Virus record (IMG/VR): IMGVR_UViG_3300011336_000323
Coordinates: 1 to 33,066 of that record
DNA from: a virus
Taxonomy: Duplodnaviria > Caudoviricetes
Length of the DNA stretch: 33,066 nucleotides
Direction: 5' to 3' (one strand)
The notes below the pieces were generated by a model. It had not been told where the DNA came from, did not search any database, and worked only from the letters and a program-made list of their open reading frames with translations. Shown here piece after piece: positions 23,791-32,723 of this stretch. Within the stretch, counting starts at the first letter, position 1, and the number at the start of each line of letters is the position of its first letter. The position numbers were made by a program, and so were the translations under genes.

Positions 23791-23984
23791 GCAGCAACGC
23801 ATTTGATTTTGGAAGGCATTATATTTGGATGATTGAAATTGAACGCAATCAAAAATGGGAGTCAATACATGTCGGCTCTTTTAGTCGCGCGCGAGGCAGA
23901 ATCGAAATAAAACTTTATAAAAGGGATATGCCCCAACAAAAATTTCGTCTAGTTGAATACCAATTTGAAAGGGTTAAAAAATGA
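23787..23984 (+). CDS. AT-rich hypothetical protein (65 aa)
   Basis: ATGA overlaps; first six codons duplicate those of the next gene. Confidence 0.6.
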   Translation: MSSNAFDFGRHYIWMIEIERNQKWESIHVGSFSRARGRIEIKLYKRDMPQQKFRLVEYQFERVKK

Positions 23985-24232
23985 GCAGCAATGCATTTAC
24001 CCAGCTTGACCGCGAATATACCGAGCGCGAGGATTACCTGGCTAACAGGGCAGAGGAGCGCAAGACGGTTATTAATTCTTGTCCTTTCTGCGGCCACGAC
24101 GACGTTGAGGTTGACGAGATAGAGCTGGGCATCATTGCGATCTGCTGCCCGGAGTGCCTGACCATCGGACCGCACCAGGACGGCGCCCAGTCCGTTGAGC
24201 TCGCAATTGAAAAATGGAACCGCAGAAAATGA
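23981..24232 (+). CDS. Lar-like restriction-alleviation Zn-ribbon protein
   Basis: 'CPFCG...C..C...GP......AI..WNRR'. Confidence 0.7.
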   Translation: MSSNAFTQLDREYTEREDYLANRAEERKTVINSCPFCGHDDVEVDEIELGIIAICCPECLTIGPHQDGAQSVELAIEKWNRRK

Positions 24233-24384
24233 CACTGACGCAGTTTAAGGTCGTGCTTGAGAAGTTTATGCTGGCCCGAGGCCGTTACGTAAACTCACCA
24301 ACCAGCACGACCGCAAAAAAATGGAAAGAAGCCGATCTGGAACTGGCGCTTGCTTACGCTAAATACATGGAGACACGGAAATGA
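24229..24384 (+). CDS. Hypothetical protein (51 aa)
   Basis: Hand translation MTLTQFKVVLEKF...; ATGA overlaps. Confidence 0.55.
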   Translation: MTLTQFKVVLEKFMLARGRYVNSPTSTTAKKWKEADLELALAYAKYMETRK

Positions 24385-24536
24385 TCCAGACAAACGAGGA
24401 AAAGGTAGCCGCCGCTATTGCATACCTGCGTTCGCGGGATAAATACCTGCTGGACAACGGCAAGTGGATTCCGACGCCTGCCGGTCAGACTGACGTTCGC
24501 CAGACAATTAAAGAGTATTGGGAGGCGATGAAATGA
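24381..24536 (+). CDS. Hypothetical protein (51 aa)
   Basis: MIQTNEEKVAAAIAYLRSRDKYLLD...; ATGA overlaps. Confidence 0.6.
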   Translation: MIQTNEEKVAAAIAYLRSRDKYLLDNGKWIPTPAGQTDVRQTIKEYWEAMK

Positions 24537-24649
24537 AAACCGTTGTGCTGGCGGTTGTGTTTTGCTCAACGCTTTCGTTTGTTGTTGGTGTAGTTAATGG
24601 AACGATAGCGGCAAATAAAATAGTGCCAGCAAAGGAGTGCGGGAAATGA
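24533..24649 (+). CDS. 38-aa membrane peptide
   Basis: MKTVVLAVVFCSTLSFVVGVVNG...KECGK; RBS GGAGG. Confidence 0.5.
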   Translation: MKTVVLAVVFCSTLSFVVGVVNGTIAANKIVPAKECGK

Positions 24650-24768
24650 GTAATCACGAATGGTGGGTGCGATGGTGTAAGAAATGTAAACGCTCGTTTG
24701 AAGATTATAAAAATTTTCCAGACTATTGCCCTGAGTGCGCTAAGAAAATAAAGGAGTGCGGGAAATGA
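24646..24768 (+). CDS. 40-aa Zn-finger peptide
   Basis: MSNHEWWVRWCKKC...CPEC...KECGK; bracketed by a 21-bp direct repeat. Confidence 0.55.
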   Translation: MSNHEWWVRWCKKCKRSFEDYKNFPDYCPECAKKIKECGK

Positions 24769-25004
24769 GTGGAGTCTTAGAGATCAGGCGCAAATTCACC
24801 CTACCGGGCAAGATGAGGCACTACCTGTTTGAGTGCCCTACGTTCTGGCGGAGGAAGCCAGCATTCCAGTGTCCAGTCTGTGAAGCTACATACCGCTGCT
24901 ACTGGGATGGAAACGATGTTGGCGGCAAGATCAACGTCTGTAAAAAATGCACACACGGCTATGACACACAGGGCGGTTGGATAAAGGAGAAGAACGGTGG
25001 ATAA
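24765..25004 (+). CDS. Zn-finger hypothetical protein
   Basis: CPVC...CKKC; RBS AAGGAG in the repeat. Confidence 0.55.
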   Translation: MSGVLEIRRKFTLPGKMRHYLFECPTFWRRKPAFQCPVCEATYRCYWDGNDVGGKINVCKKCTHGYDTQGGWIKEKNGG

Positions 25005-25209
25005 ATACGAAAACATTGAAAAAGTAAAGCGGCTGGATTTTGACCACCTTGACATGCTGGTCAGTGAGCGTATCGGTGCGCTTAAACTGTTAGCGCAGAG
25101 CATGACGGAGTCTGATGTACACGATGCTATCTGCCGCGACCTGATATTGCCCTGCGTTTATTTGCTGGCGCAGTTTCTGGAGTCTGTCAAAATTGGGGAT
25201 AAGGAATGA
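24997..25209 (+). CDS. Hypothetical protein
   Basis: GTG start with RBS AAGGAG. Confidence 0.55.
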   Translation: MDKYENIEKVKRLDFDHLDMLVSERIGALKLLAQSMTESDVHDAICRDLILPCVYLLAQFLESVKIGDKE

Positions 25210-25775
25210 CACTGCTAGGAGAAACGCCATACACGCCTTGCTATGTTCGCAACGAGTTTCTGTTTGACGAACAAAAAGGTTTTGGTGAATTTACGCCAGC
25301 CATTGCATTCGCGTTTCGTGCTGAACCAGCAAGAGTGCCGATGTTTCAGGTAATGCTTGAGTCGGGCGCGCAATGGGCAAGAGTGCCAATTCACATGATT
25401 TGCAGCAAACCTTGTGACCCGTTGCCAATTGAGCAGGCTTGCTGGTGGGATTCTTACGGCTATGATTTCTCCGTGGTTGCGCTGCCGTTCCTCAAGAACC
25501 ATTCCGTAACTGCACTAGGCCGTGACAAGGTTATACGTAAAGGCAATTATCTGTTCACCGTAGATTGGATGAAAACAGGCTGGAGTGAGATAGCGCACCA
25601 GCACAAAAACCATCATATTATTGCGCTGGAATCAGGGCCGTGGATTGCATACCCAAACAATCGGCTGGTCTGGCACGATGAATCGTGGATTGCGCCAAAC
25701 CCGGACAGAGAATGGCAAACACCTACACGCGATTATTTTGTTGAAGGACTAGGGTATAAAAAACCTGCGGCCTGA
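25206..25775 (+). CDS. Conserved phage hypothetical protein (189 aa)
   Basis: 'G..YLFTVDW......E...HK..H...L..G....YPNNR..W' pattern; last rightward gene. Confidence 0.7.
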   Translation: MTLLGETPYTPCYVRNEFLFDEQKGFGEFTPAIAFAFRAEPARVPMFQVMLESGAQWARVPIHMICSKPCDPLPIEQACWWDSYGYDFSVVALPFLKNHSVTALGRDKVIRKGNYLFTVDWMKTGWSEIAHQHKNHHIIALESGPWIAYPNNRLVWHDESWIAPNPDREWQTPTRDYFVEGLGYKKPAA

Positions 25776-26132
25776 TCGCGGCGGTAAGCATTGCACGTGG
25801 CACCAGGACGGCGTTGCAGCCCCGTCCTCCAGCCACAATTCCAATTGCTCCAGCAGTCCGATATTCTGCTTGCAGAACGCGTCCAGGCGCCCGTCGTTGT
25901 CTTCAATATCTACCGCTTGCCCCATCATGTGCTTAGAGCGCATAGCGCCGCCTGCGGAGTGATTGACAGCCGCAGGACGCCATCCTGACCGTAGCCCCCG
26001 GTCTTCTCCAAAAGCCGCAATTAATTGATTAACCCTGCCGCAAATAATAGCAGCATTCGTCTTGATATCTTCGGTCAATTCCGTCTCATGACCCTGTAGG
26101 TGCTGCCCCAGATATTGGTCTACGGTAATCAT
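25749..26132 (-). CDS. Endolysin, peptidase M15 family
   Basis: 'SGWRP..VN...GGA..SKHM.GQAVD' (SxHxxGxAxD) and 'WCHVQ'. Confidence 0.88.
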   Translation of the reverse strand: MITVDQYLGQHLQGHETELTEDIKTNAAIICGRVNQLIAAFGEDRGLRSGWRPAAVNHSAGGAMRSKHMMGQAVDIEDNDGRLDAFCKQNIGLLEQLELWLEDGAATPSWCHVQCLPPRSGRRFFIP

Positions 26133-26362
26133 TCGCTAGGGTCTCTTTCTTCATTTGGTGCTGAAAATTTAATACCCGCCAACAGGCCGATAAACCCGCC
26201 AATAATCGTCTGAAACGCTGGCCCCAACAGTTTAAATATATCTTCGTTGTCTACCGCATGGTCAAACAGTCCAACGCACAACGCAAACACCATACCTGCG
26301 ATTACAACGCACAACGTAAAACTGACCATCGTTGTGACAACAAATGTTAGCTTTTCTTTCAT
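26129..26362 (-). CDS. Two-TM membrane protein (lysis module)
   Basis: Two hydrophobic segments; ATGA overlaps. Confidence 0.6.
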   Translation of the reverse strand: MKEKLTFVVTTMVSFTLCVVIAGMVFALCVGLFDHAVDNEDIFKLLGPAFQTIIGGFIGLLAGIKFSAPNEERDPSE

Positions 26363-26793
26363 CTGTTGCCTTCTACGTTTCTTACCTTTTCTACCGTTCT
26401 GGCGGCGGCTAAACCCAACATGCCAAGCAAGACTTGCATCGTGATGGTAGTGTCTATGACCGGGAAAGACCCGGTATAGTGAAACCAAACCTGTGCAGAG
26501 AACCTAGCAAGAGGTTCAATGATAGATACGTAGGCAAGACCGCATCCGCAAGTCCAGCCAATAAATGGCCTCCAGCCAGCTACAAACCAATTGGCGCTCT
26601 TGGCTTCTTCCAGATTGACCTGCACTTGCAGTTTTGCTAGATCGGTTTCAGCCGCAAGCTGCGCAAGCGCACCTGTCTGCTCCATGCGCAAAAGCTCGAG
26701 CTGCGCCGCCGCTTTAGCCGCGGGATCCGGGAACAGCCGGTCTATTAGACCTTTGCCCAGGTCAAATAATCCGGATAAAAGCAACGGGTTCAT
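26359..26793 (-). CDS. Holin of 3 TMs (GTA-type, DUF3154)
   Basis: 'FVAGWRPFIGW.CG..L', 'LLGMLGL...RT.EK'. Confidence 0.85.
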   Translation of the reverse strand: MNPLLLSGLFDLGKGLIDRLFPDPAAKAAAQLELLRMEQTGALAQLAAETDLAKLQVQVNLEEAKSANWFVAGWRPFIGWTCGCGLAYVSIIEPLARFSAQVWFHYTGSFPVIDTTITMQVLLGMLGLAAARTVEKVRNVEGNR

Positions 26794-27023
26794 TTGTCGG
26801 CTTTGGCTTCTAGCTTCTCAAAGATTTTTGCCAGCATCGCTTTTATGTCGCGTATGTCCTCGCGGTAATCATCTTTCGCAACGTACTCTTTGGGCAAATC
26901 CTCGCGCAGAGAAGCAAGATCGGCCTTGAGTTCCTTGACCGCAGACCACAGCTCACGCGCAAACCAGCCAAGGACGGTAAAGCCGCCAGCGAGTAGACCG
27001 TTTATCAGGTGCTGGTTTTCCAT
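26790..27023 (-). CDS. Single-TM coiled-coil protein (holin-associated)
   Basis: N-terminal TM, 'LP..YV.KDDY..D...IK..L.KIF.KL..KADK'. Confidence 0.65.
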   Translation of the reverse strand: MENQHLINGLLAGGFTVLGWFARELWSAVKELKADLASLREDLPKEYVAKDDYREDIRDIKAMLAKIFEKLEAKADK

Positions 27024-27247
27024 TACAAACTTAATTGTTCTGGTGGAAGTGCCGTAAATGTGTTTCCATCAAATAGAGTGCCTCCACGATCTGCTGGCAA
27101 AGAATTCCATTCCAATAACTGTTCGTCAGTTAATACAAATGGGTTTATTTGCATCCCGTTCCATTCTGCAGGCATGATAGAAATATCATCTCCTTGCGAT
27201 ACTAAACGCACCAATGTTGTATTGTCAGTTCCAATTACTGTAACCAT
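27023..27247 (-). CDS. Small acidic tail-fibre-associated protein
   Basis: Follows the fibre gene with TAATG coupling; ends 'FDGNTFT..PP'. Confidence 0.55.
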   Translation of the reverse strand: MVTVIGTDNTTLVRLVSQGDDISIMPAEWNGMQINPFVLTDEQLLEWNSLPADRGGTLFDGNTFTALPPEQLSL

Positions 27248-28407
27248 TATGCGATCCTTATGGCGGTTATGGTTGAGTCCTTGCTATTTCCGGATGCGTT
27301 AAAGACAATCTTGCCGGTGGTGTTGCCATCGTTAGATGCACTAATTCTTAGATTGCCAGCAGGGGATGTAATGTATCCAGAAAAATGAAACGTGAACCCA
27401 CCGTTTGCAACAAGACCAACACCGCGTCCAGAGTCAATAACTGTGGTTCCGTCCCACATCTTAAATTTTGTACTTGACGCGCTAGAATCAAGAACAGTTA
27501 TTGTTCCCATCACCAGCCAAGTCCCACTTGTCCCTTGCGCGATACTGGGGCCATCGTAGTATGTTGCAGCAGAAGTCATTGAAACGTCAGCGCCCAAACT
27601 TGCCGTAATTGGCGTAAAGTTAAATGTGTTTCCTGTTACAGCCAACGTCTTGTTCGTCAGCGTGTCTGTCGTAGCCTTGCCTACTAAAGTGTCGGTAGTG
27701 GCCGGCAAAGTAAATGTTGTCGTGCCAGCAACAGCAGGAGCAACAATTTTAGCGGTTCCTGAAGTGCTGCCAGGAAATGAAGCGCCGGTAACTCCCAAAG
27801 TAGTTAACCCGGTTACGCCTAATGTTGACGATAAAGTCGTCGCGCCAGTAACGCCTAGCGTTCCAGACGCATTCAAATTAGTAAACGAATTACCATTAAG
27901 CAGTTGAAACCGAGTTCCATCGTATTCAACAAGCACCACTTGACCAGTAACCATATCGCCAGCAACCAACGCAACAGATCCCGTCCTGGTGACCGATTTA
28001 ACGCCCAACCCGTCAATATTCAACGTGACCGCGGCAGTGTTAGTAGACCCGACAACAAAACTAAAAACGCCTCCAGTCGTGTAAGCGGTCAAGCTGGGCG
28101 TTATTGTTCCGGTGATTGCATTAGCCGTTCCAGCAACCGTAATTAACGGCACCCCTGCGCTAGTTAATTGGTCAAACCGGACCGCATCTGCAGCTGCTGT
28201 GCCGGCCGCCAAGTTGGTTATCTTGTAGCCGCCGAGCGTGATATTAGCGGTCGGCGTGGTTTGCCCGTCTTTAGTCAACGCGGTCGTGAGCCCGGTCGCT
28301 AGATCGCTGGTCAGTGCGTTAAAGGCCGTCGAGCTAATGACGGTGCCGGAAACGACGGGCTGCCCCGCCGAGTTGATGTTAAAAGTTCCCGAACCATTGT
28401 AGGACAC
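27247..28407 (-). CDS. Tail fibre / receptor-binding protein
   Basis: T/G/A/S-rich; 'KITNLAAGT...DAV', 'TNTAAVTLNIDGLG.K', 'TDTLTNKT' fibre motifs. Confidence 0.8.
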   Translation of the reverse strand: MSYNGSGTFNINSAGQPVVSGTVISSTAFNALTSDLATGLTTALTKDGQTTPTANITLGGYKITNLAAGTAAADAVRFDQLTSAGVPLITVAGTANAITGTITPSLTAYTTGGVFSFVVGSTNTAAVTLNIDGLGVKSVTRTGSVALVAGDMVTGQVVLVEYDGTRFQLLNGNSFTNLNASGTLGVTGATTLSSTLGVTGLTTLGVTGASFPGSTSGTAKIVAPAVAGTTTFTLPATTDTLVGKATTDTLTNKTLAVTGNTFNFTPITASLGADVSMTSAATYYDGPSIAQGTSGTWLVMGTITVLDSSASSTKFKMWDGTTVIDSGRGVGLVANGGFTFHFSGYITSPAGNLRISASNDGNTTGKIVFNASGNSKDSTITAIRIA

Positions 28408-28425
28408 TGTATGCGCTCCTGTTAA

Positions 28426-30783
28426 TTAGTTACGACTTGCGGGCGCAGCTATTGCCGCTTGCGTTGCCGTTCCGCGCAATATTGTTGCCAACAATTTACC
28501 ACGTTGAGAAGGCGTTGCCGTTTCTAACAATTTTGCCGCTTCTTTTGGATCAAGCAGAGCTTGAGCTAATTGCTTTTGAAGCGTTTTGTTAGCATTTCCA
28601 TAAAGCAAATTAGCGCCAGAAGTTGCCAAATTACCCATAAACTGAGTCGGCGCAAAATTCCGCAAGAAATTAGGCACGCCGGTTTGCGCTAACATGTTGT
28701 TATAAGCAAGTTTCTCAACCGTGTCGGAGCCGCTGCGCCCAGCATTGGCGGCGAAGTCGGCGCGTTGCAAATCTTGGCGAATGTTTTGCAAGGTCGCCAG
28801 TTGTTGAGGAGAAAGCGTGTTGGCTAAAGTTGCCTTATTAAACCCCGTTGCAGCTTGCGCGGTTTCGTCGCGTAGAGCACGCGCAAACGCTGCCGGAGTC
28901 AGTCGGTCATTTATGCCGCTTACAGACTTGTTTGCAATAGCCTGCACCGTGTCCATCGCATTAAGAGGTTTTGACATCGCGGTAAATGTTTTGCGAGCCT
29001 CTGCATATTTCGGGCTTATTTCATCAAGATTTAACAAGAAATTTTTACGCAAATCCGTCAGCACTCGCGCTTCATTGCTTCCCGGCTTTGCATTTGCAAT
29101 TTTGTCCTGCAATGCGCGACCGACATAATCCAATCCTTTGACGGTGCCCGCTTCCGTTTCAAGATTGACGCCTTCATTGCGCGCCAAAATAACGGCATCT
29201 TTGACAGCATCTTGCATTGCAGGCCGGTTCCAAAGAGCGTTAATCTTGTCGCCTGCGCGTGTAAGATTTTTTGGAATGTCTACTGGCGGCGCACCGCGGT
29301 TTGCCATTTTGGCAAATATTGCATCTTGCTCAAAACCAGATAAATGTTTTTGAACACCGTTTATTTCGTCCCGAATCATATTCTTCAGAAATTGCACGCC
29401 GCCATCGGCTGCATCTTCTGGAATCAAATAACCTTTGTCACGTAACTGCGTCGCCAAGTCATCAATACCCAACCCGCCCTTGTTAAAAAGCCCTGGCGGG
29501 ATTCCTTTAACACCAGCACCTGTGCGAATTTCGCCAGTTATGTCGCGCATCGTGCCTTCAGCGTTTTTTATGCCGCCGAGTTTTTTAATTGCGGAAAGTA
29601 TGCCACTCGGTTCTTTTGTTGCCGCAGCACCACCTTTAACCACCTCGGCCGCAGCAAACGGAGAACGACCAGTTTCCAATCGTGACAAGTCAACGCCAGC
29701 AACATAGGCTTCGTCATATAGTTTTTGTGCCGCAGCGCGCCGCGCCGCATCTGCGCTTTGACGCTCACCGCCAGTACCAGCCAAATCCAATAAAGCAGCA
29801 ATTCGAGCAGTATTCTGTTGTGCTGCGCGCTCAACTACCGCATTTTTTACTTCCGGCGTGCTGGCAAAAGCCGACCTTTGCAAAGCCGCAAAGCTAGCAT
29901 TGTTTGCCGCCTCGCCAACTGTCGGCAGAGATCCCGGCACCAATTCTTGCGCGCCCCGCAACCTAGCAAGCAAACCAACATCGCCGCCAGATGCTTCTTG
30001 CAATGCCCTTCCTAGTATTTGAGCTCGCCCACTAGATGTTAGCGGATCAATCAATGATTTGGCGCCACGATAACCCGTAATAACTGCTGGTATAGCTGCA
30101 CCAGCTGCACCACCAATTAACGCATTTACTGAACGCTCATCATCTGTTCCAACAGGCTGAATCGCACCCAGCGTGGCACCTTGTGCTCCAGCTCCCAATA
30201 TTGTCCTGGGAACTATAAGAGCGCCACCAGCCACGTTTAATGCTTCAGCAGCACCGGCAGCACCCCTGGCGCCTTGAATCGCAGCAGCACCCTTCAACAA
30301 GCCACCAGGTAATAGCGCCATGCCGACATTGCCGGTTATGTCGCCAATAACACCGCCACCGGTATTCATTAACGGTTCATCGCGCCGTTTTGTTTCGTCA
30401 GTCTCGCGCCTAAGTCGTTGCGCAAATGATTCAGGCTGATTGCCGGTTATCAAACTTGAAAGATTTCTTTTTGTTGGGCTTATATATTCGCCAGTATCAG
30501 CCACCAGTTGCTTAATGCCTTGCCCGGTATCCGATATAGCCTTACCAGCGCCAATAAAGAAATTTTGCGCAAAGCTGTTGCCCTCGGTTGGATCAATGCC
30601 TGCTTGCATGAGCGAACCGCCAGAAACACCATTGCGGGCTTGAGCTGCTTGGGCTGCATTGGTCGCAATGGCTTTGCGAGAAAATGTCTCTTGCTTAGCA
30701 ACGCGGTCAATAACGTCCTGCGCTGTGCCTTGCGGAAATGCAAGCGTTGTGCCGTCAAATAGCTGAATTCTGGTATCAGCCAT
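28426..30783 (-). CDS. Large ejection/internal virion protein
   Basis: 785 aa, A/G-rich helical with glycine-zipper hydrophobic segments; podovirus DNA-transfer position. Confidence 0.7.
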   Translation of the reverse strand: MADTRIQLFDGTTLAFPQGTAQDVIDRVAKQETFSRKAIATNAAQAAQARNGVSGGSLMQAGIDPTEGNSFAQNFFIGAGKAISDTGQGIKQLVADTGEYISPTKRNLSSLITGNQPESFAQRLRRETDETKRRDEPLMNTGGGVIGDITGNVGMALLPGGLLKGAAAIQGARGAAGAAEALNVAGGALIVPRTILGAGAQGATLGAIQPVGTDDERSVNALIGGAAGAAIPAVITGYRGAKSLIDPLTSSGRAQILGRALQEASGGDVGLLARLRGAQELVPGSLPTVGEAANNASFAALQRSAFASTPEVKNAVVERAAQQNTARIAALLDLAGTGGERQSADAARRAAAQKLYDEAYVAGVDLSRLETGRSPFAAAEVVKGGAAATKEPSGILSAIKKLGGIKNAEGTMRDITGEIRTGAGVKGIPPGLFNKGGLGIDDLATQLRDKGYLIPEDAADGGVQFLKNMIRDEINGVQKHLSGFEQDAIFAKMANRGAPPVDIPKNLTRAGDKINALWNRPAMQDAVKDAVILARNEGVNLETEAGTVKGLDYVGRALQDKIANAKPGSNEARVLTDLRKNFLLNLDEISPKYAEARKTFTAMSKPLNAMDTVQAIANKSVSGINDRLTPAAFARALRDETAQAATGFNKATLANTLSPQQLATLQNIRQDLQRADFAANAGRSGSDTVEKLAYNNMLAQTGVPNFLRNFAPTQFMGNLATSGANLLYGNANKTLQKQLAQALLDPKEAAKLLETATPSQRGKLLATILRGTATQAAIAAPASRN

Positions 30784-32459
30784 TATTTCCTCTTTCCTTC
30801 TTCATCATATTGAATTACGTTGGCATCAGGAGCTCGACGGTTTTGCCCTTGAAACGGTTGCAATGGCACAAATCCAGGCACGCCAATCTGCGGTTCATCA
30901 CGGTTAAACTTTTCATATTTGGCAAGCAGTCTTTCAACAGTATCAAGCGCCGCAAGTCTGCGCGAACGCGGGAGCGTTGCGTCGCCCACTTGCCCCGCCG
31001 TTTCACGGTACAACTGCACATCTACATTTGACTGCGGTCCTTCCATTCGAGGCACTTTTGATGTCAAAATGCCGCCAATCACTCGAAGCTTGTCGGCTTC
31101 CGCAACGCCTTTAGGGGCACTTCCTGCCAAACTGGCCACCCAATCAAGACCCGCACCGATTCCGCTTCCAGTTGGAAGCGGGCTAATAGCAGGTGTGCCA
31201 TCTGGGTTTTTACCAGCCGTTCCACTTAAAATGTTACGAGCTTCTTGAACTGCTGCATTGAAACCTCTTGCATTAAATTCGCTCTTATTTTCTAATTCCT
31301 TTTTTTGTTTTTCGCTATCTACAATAATTTGCGCTTGAAATTTTCCCGGTAAAGTTGCGTTAGGTTGCGATAAAGGTATCGCAGGAGCCGAAACAGGCGC
31401 AGGACTAGAACGCGGTGGCGCCATGCCAATACGCGGCGCGGTCGGCACAGCAACAGGCGCCACCGGTTGGCCAACAGGTTGACCGGGTGCTGCCGGCGTA
31501 GCGCCAGGCACAGGCAACATACTAGGCGCCCCCGCGGGTGGCAACGGTGCTGCCCCACCAGCTTTCATACCAGTATTGAAAAACAATTCAGCTCCAGATA
31601 TGTTCAATCTCTTGCCTTCAAGATCAAATTTTGTACGTTCAGATAATGACAATTGATTGAAATTGCGGTCAGAAATTGCGCGATCTTGTGCAAGTTTTGC
31701 TTGTGCATCAACTGATGGAGTCGTGAATTGATTTACAGGATCAGCTGGACCAATTACTTTTCGCGTGCCATTTTTGCTATACACCACAGCGACATAACCA
31801 GTTGGACTATCTTTATTTTTTTCAATTTGTGGCGTAGTTCCATATTCTTCTTTATCTGGTGCGCGGAAAAGTTCTTTTCCTTCTGGCGAGAAAAACACAT
31901 CGCCAGCAGATGCTTTAATCGGAGCTTTTGGCCCGATCTGAGCCAACAATTGCGCCATCGCCATTTGTTGCGCTTCCCGCGTGTTAAATTGCCCGATCAT
32001 TTCAGGATCAATTTGTCCGGCGCGTCGAGCTGCAACAGCAGGCACAGCAGGCGCGGCAGAAATACCGGGCATCGGTTGTCCCTCATCATCAACAGCAAAT
32101 GTCGGCGGCGCCGCAATTGTTTCCGGAACGGCGGCAGAACCCGCAACAGCCGGCGCGGATAGCATTTTCGCCAAGCTAGTAAAGTCAGCAGATTGATCGG
32201 CACGATACTTCTCACCCAGCGCCTTTTCCTGCTCCCTTGCCTGCCCCTGAAAGTATGCCCCGCCAAAGCCCTGTAGCAGCTTTGCCAGCCCTGCCGTTGC
32301 AGGTGTGCGCGCCTCTATGCCCTTGTAGCTGTATCGCTCTATCGGAGCCTGTGACTGCGCCTGCAGCATCTCTGCCATACGTTGCTGGTCGGCAATCTTT
32401 GCCAACTCAGCCTGATATGGGCTAGGCAGGTTAAAACTTACCATCTTGTTTTCGGCCAT
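30783..32459 (-). CDS. Ejection/internal virion protein with Pro-rich linker
   Basis: 558 aa; 'PRMEGPQSNVDVQLY...AG' motif near the C-terminus; synteny. Confidence 0.65.
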   Translation of the reverse strand: MAENKMVSFNLPSPYQAELAKIADQQRMAEMLQAQSQAPIERYSYKGIEARTPATAGLAKLLQGFGGAYFQGQAREQEKALGEKYRADQSADFTSLAKMLSAPAVAGSAAVPETIAAPPTFAVDDEGQPMPGISAAPAVPAVAARRAGQIDPEMIGQFNTREAQQMAMAQLLAQIGPKAPIKASAGDVFFSPEGKELFRAPDKEEYGTTPQIEKNKDSPTGYVAVVYSKNGTRKVIGPADPVNQFTTPSVDAQAKLAQDRAISDRNFNQLSLSERTKFDLEGKRLNISGAELFFNTGMKAGGAAPLPPAGAPSMLPVPGATPAAPGQPVGQPVAPVAVPTAPRIGMAPPRSSPAPVSAPAIPLSQPNATLPGKFQAQIIVDSEKQKKELENKSEFNARGFNAAVQEARNILSGTAGKNPDGTPAISPLPTGSGIGAGLDWVASLAGSAPKGVAEADKLRVIGGILTSKVPRMEGPQSNVDVQLYRETAGQVGDATLPRSRRLAALDTVERLLAKYEKFNRDEPQIGVPGFVPLQPFQGQNRRAPDANVIQYDEEGKRK

Positions 32460-32468
32460 TTGGAGCCT

Positions 32469-32708
32469 CTAGTAATTCGACGGCGTGAAATTCTGTGAAG
32501 CAGGATCGTATTGCGTAGATTTTTCTACGACCGGCGCTTTCTTCTGCTTGTCTTGCATCAGCATTTTCATGATTTCGCTGTTCATCCCGCCAGATGGTCC
32601 GGCGCCCAGCGGCCCGCTATATTTGCGGTATGGCTGCGTCGGATCTTGCAGGAGCGCGGCCAACTGCACGCGTTTTTCGTCAGGGTTGAAATTAAACATT
32701 GAGTTCAT
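32469..32708 (-). CDS. Hypothetical small protein in the ejection module
   Basis: 79 aa ORF filling the gap between ejection genes. Confidence 0.5.
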   Translation of the reverse strand: MNSMFNFNPDEKRVQLAALLQDPTQPYRKYSGPLGAGPSGGMNSEIMKMLMQDKQKKAPVVEKSTQYDPASQNFTPSNY

Positions 32709-32723
32709 GTGATCGCCCTATGG

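Noticed and set aside
21066-24770. Direct repeats as a CRISPR array or integron attC sites
   Set aside because: Three unrelated repeat pairs with two copies each and gene-sized spacers; no palindromic attC structure, cas gene or integrase
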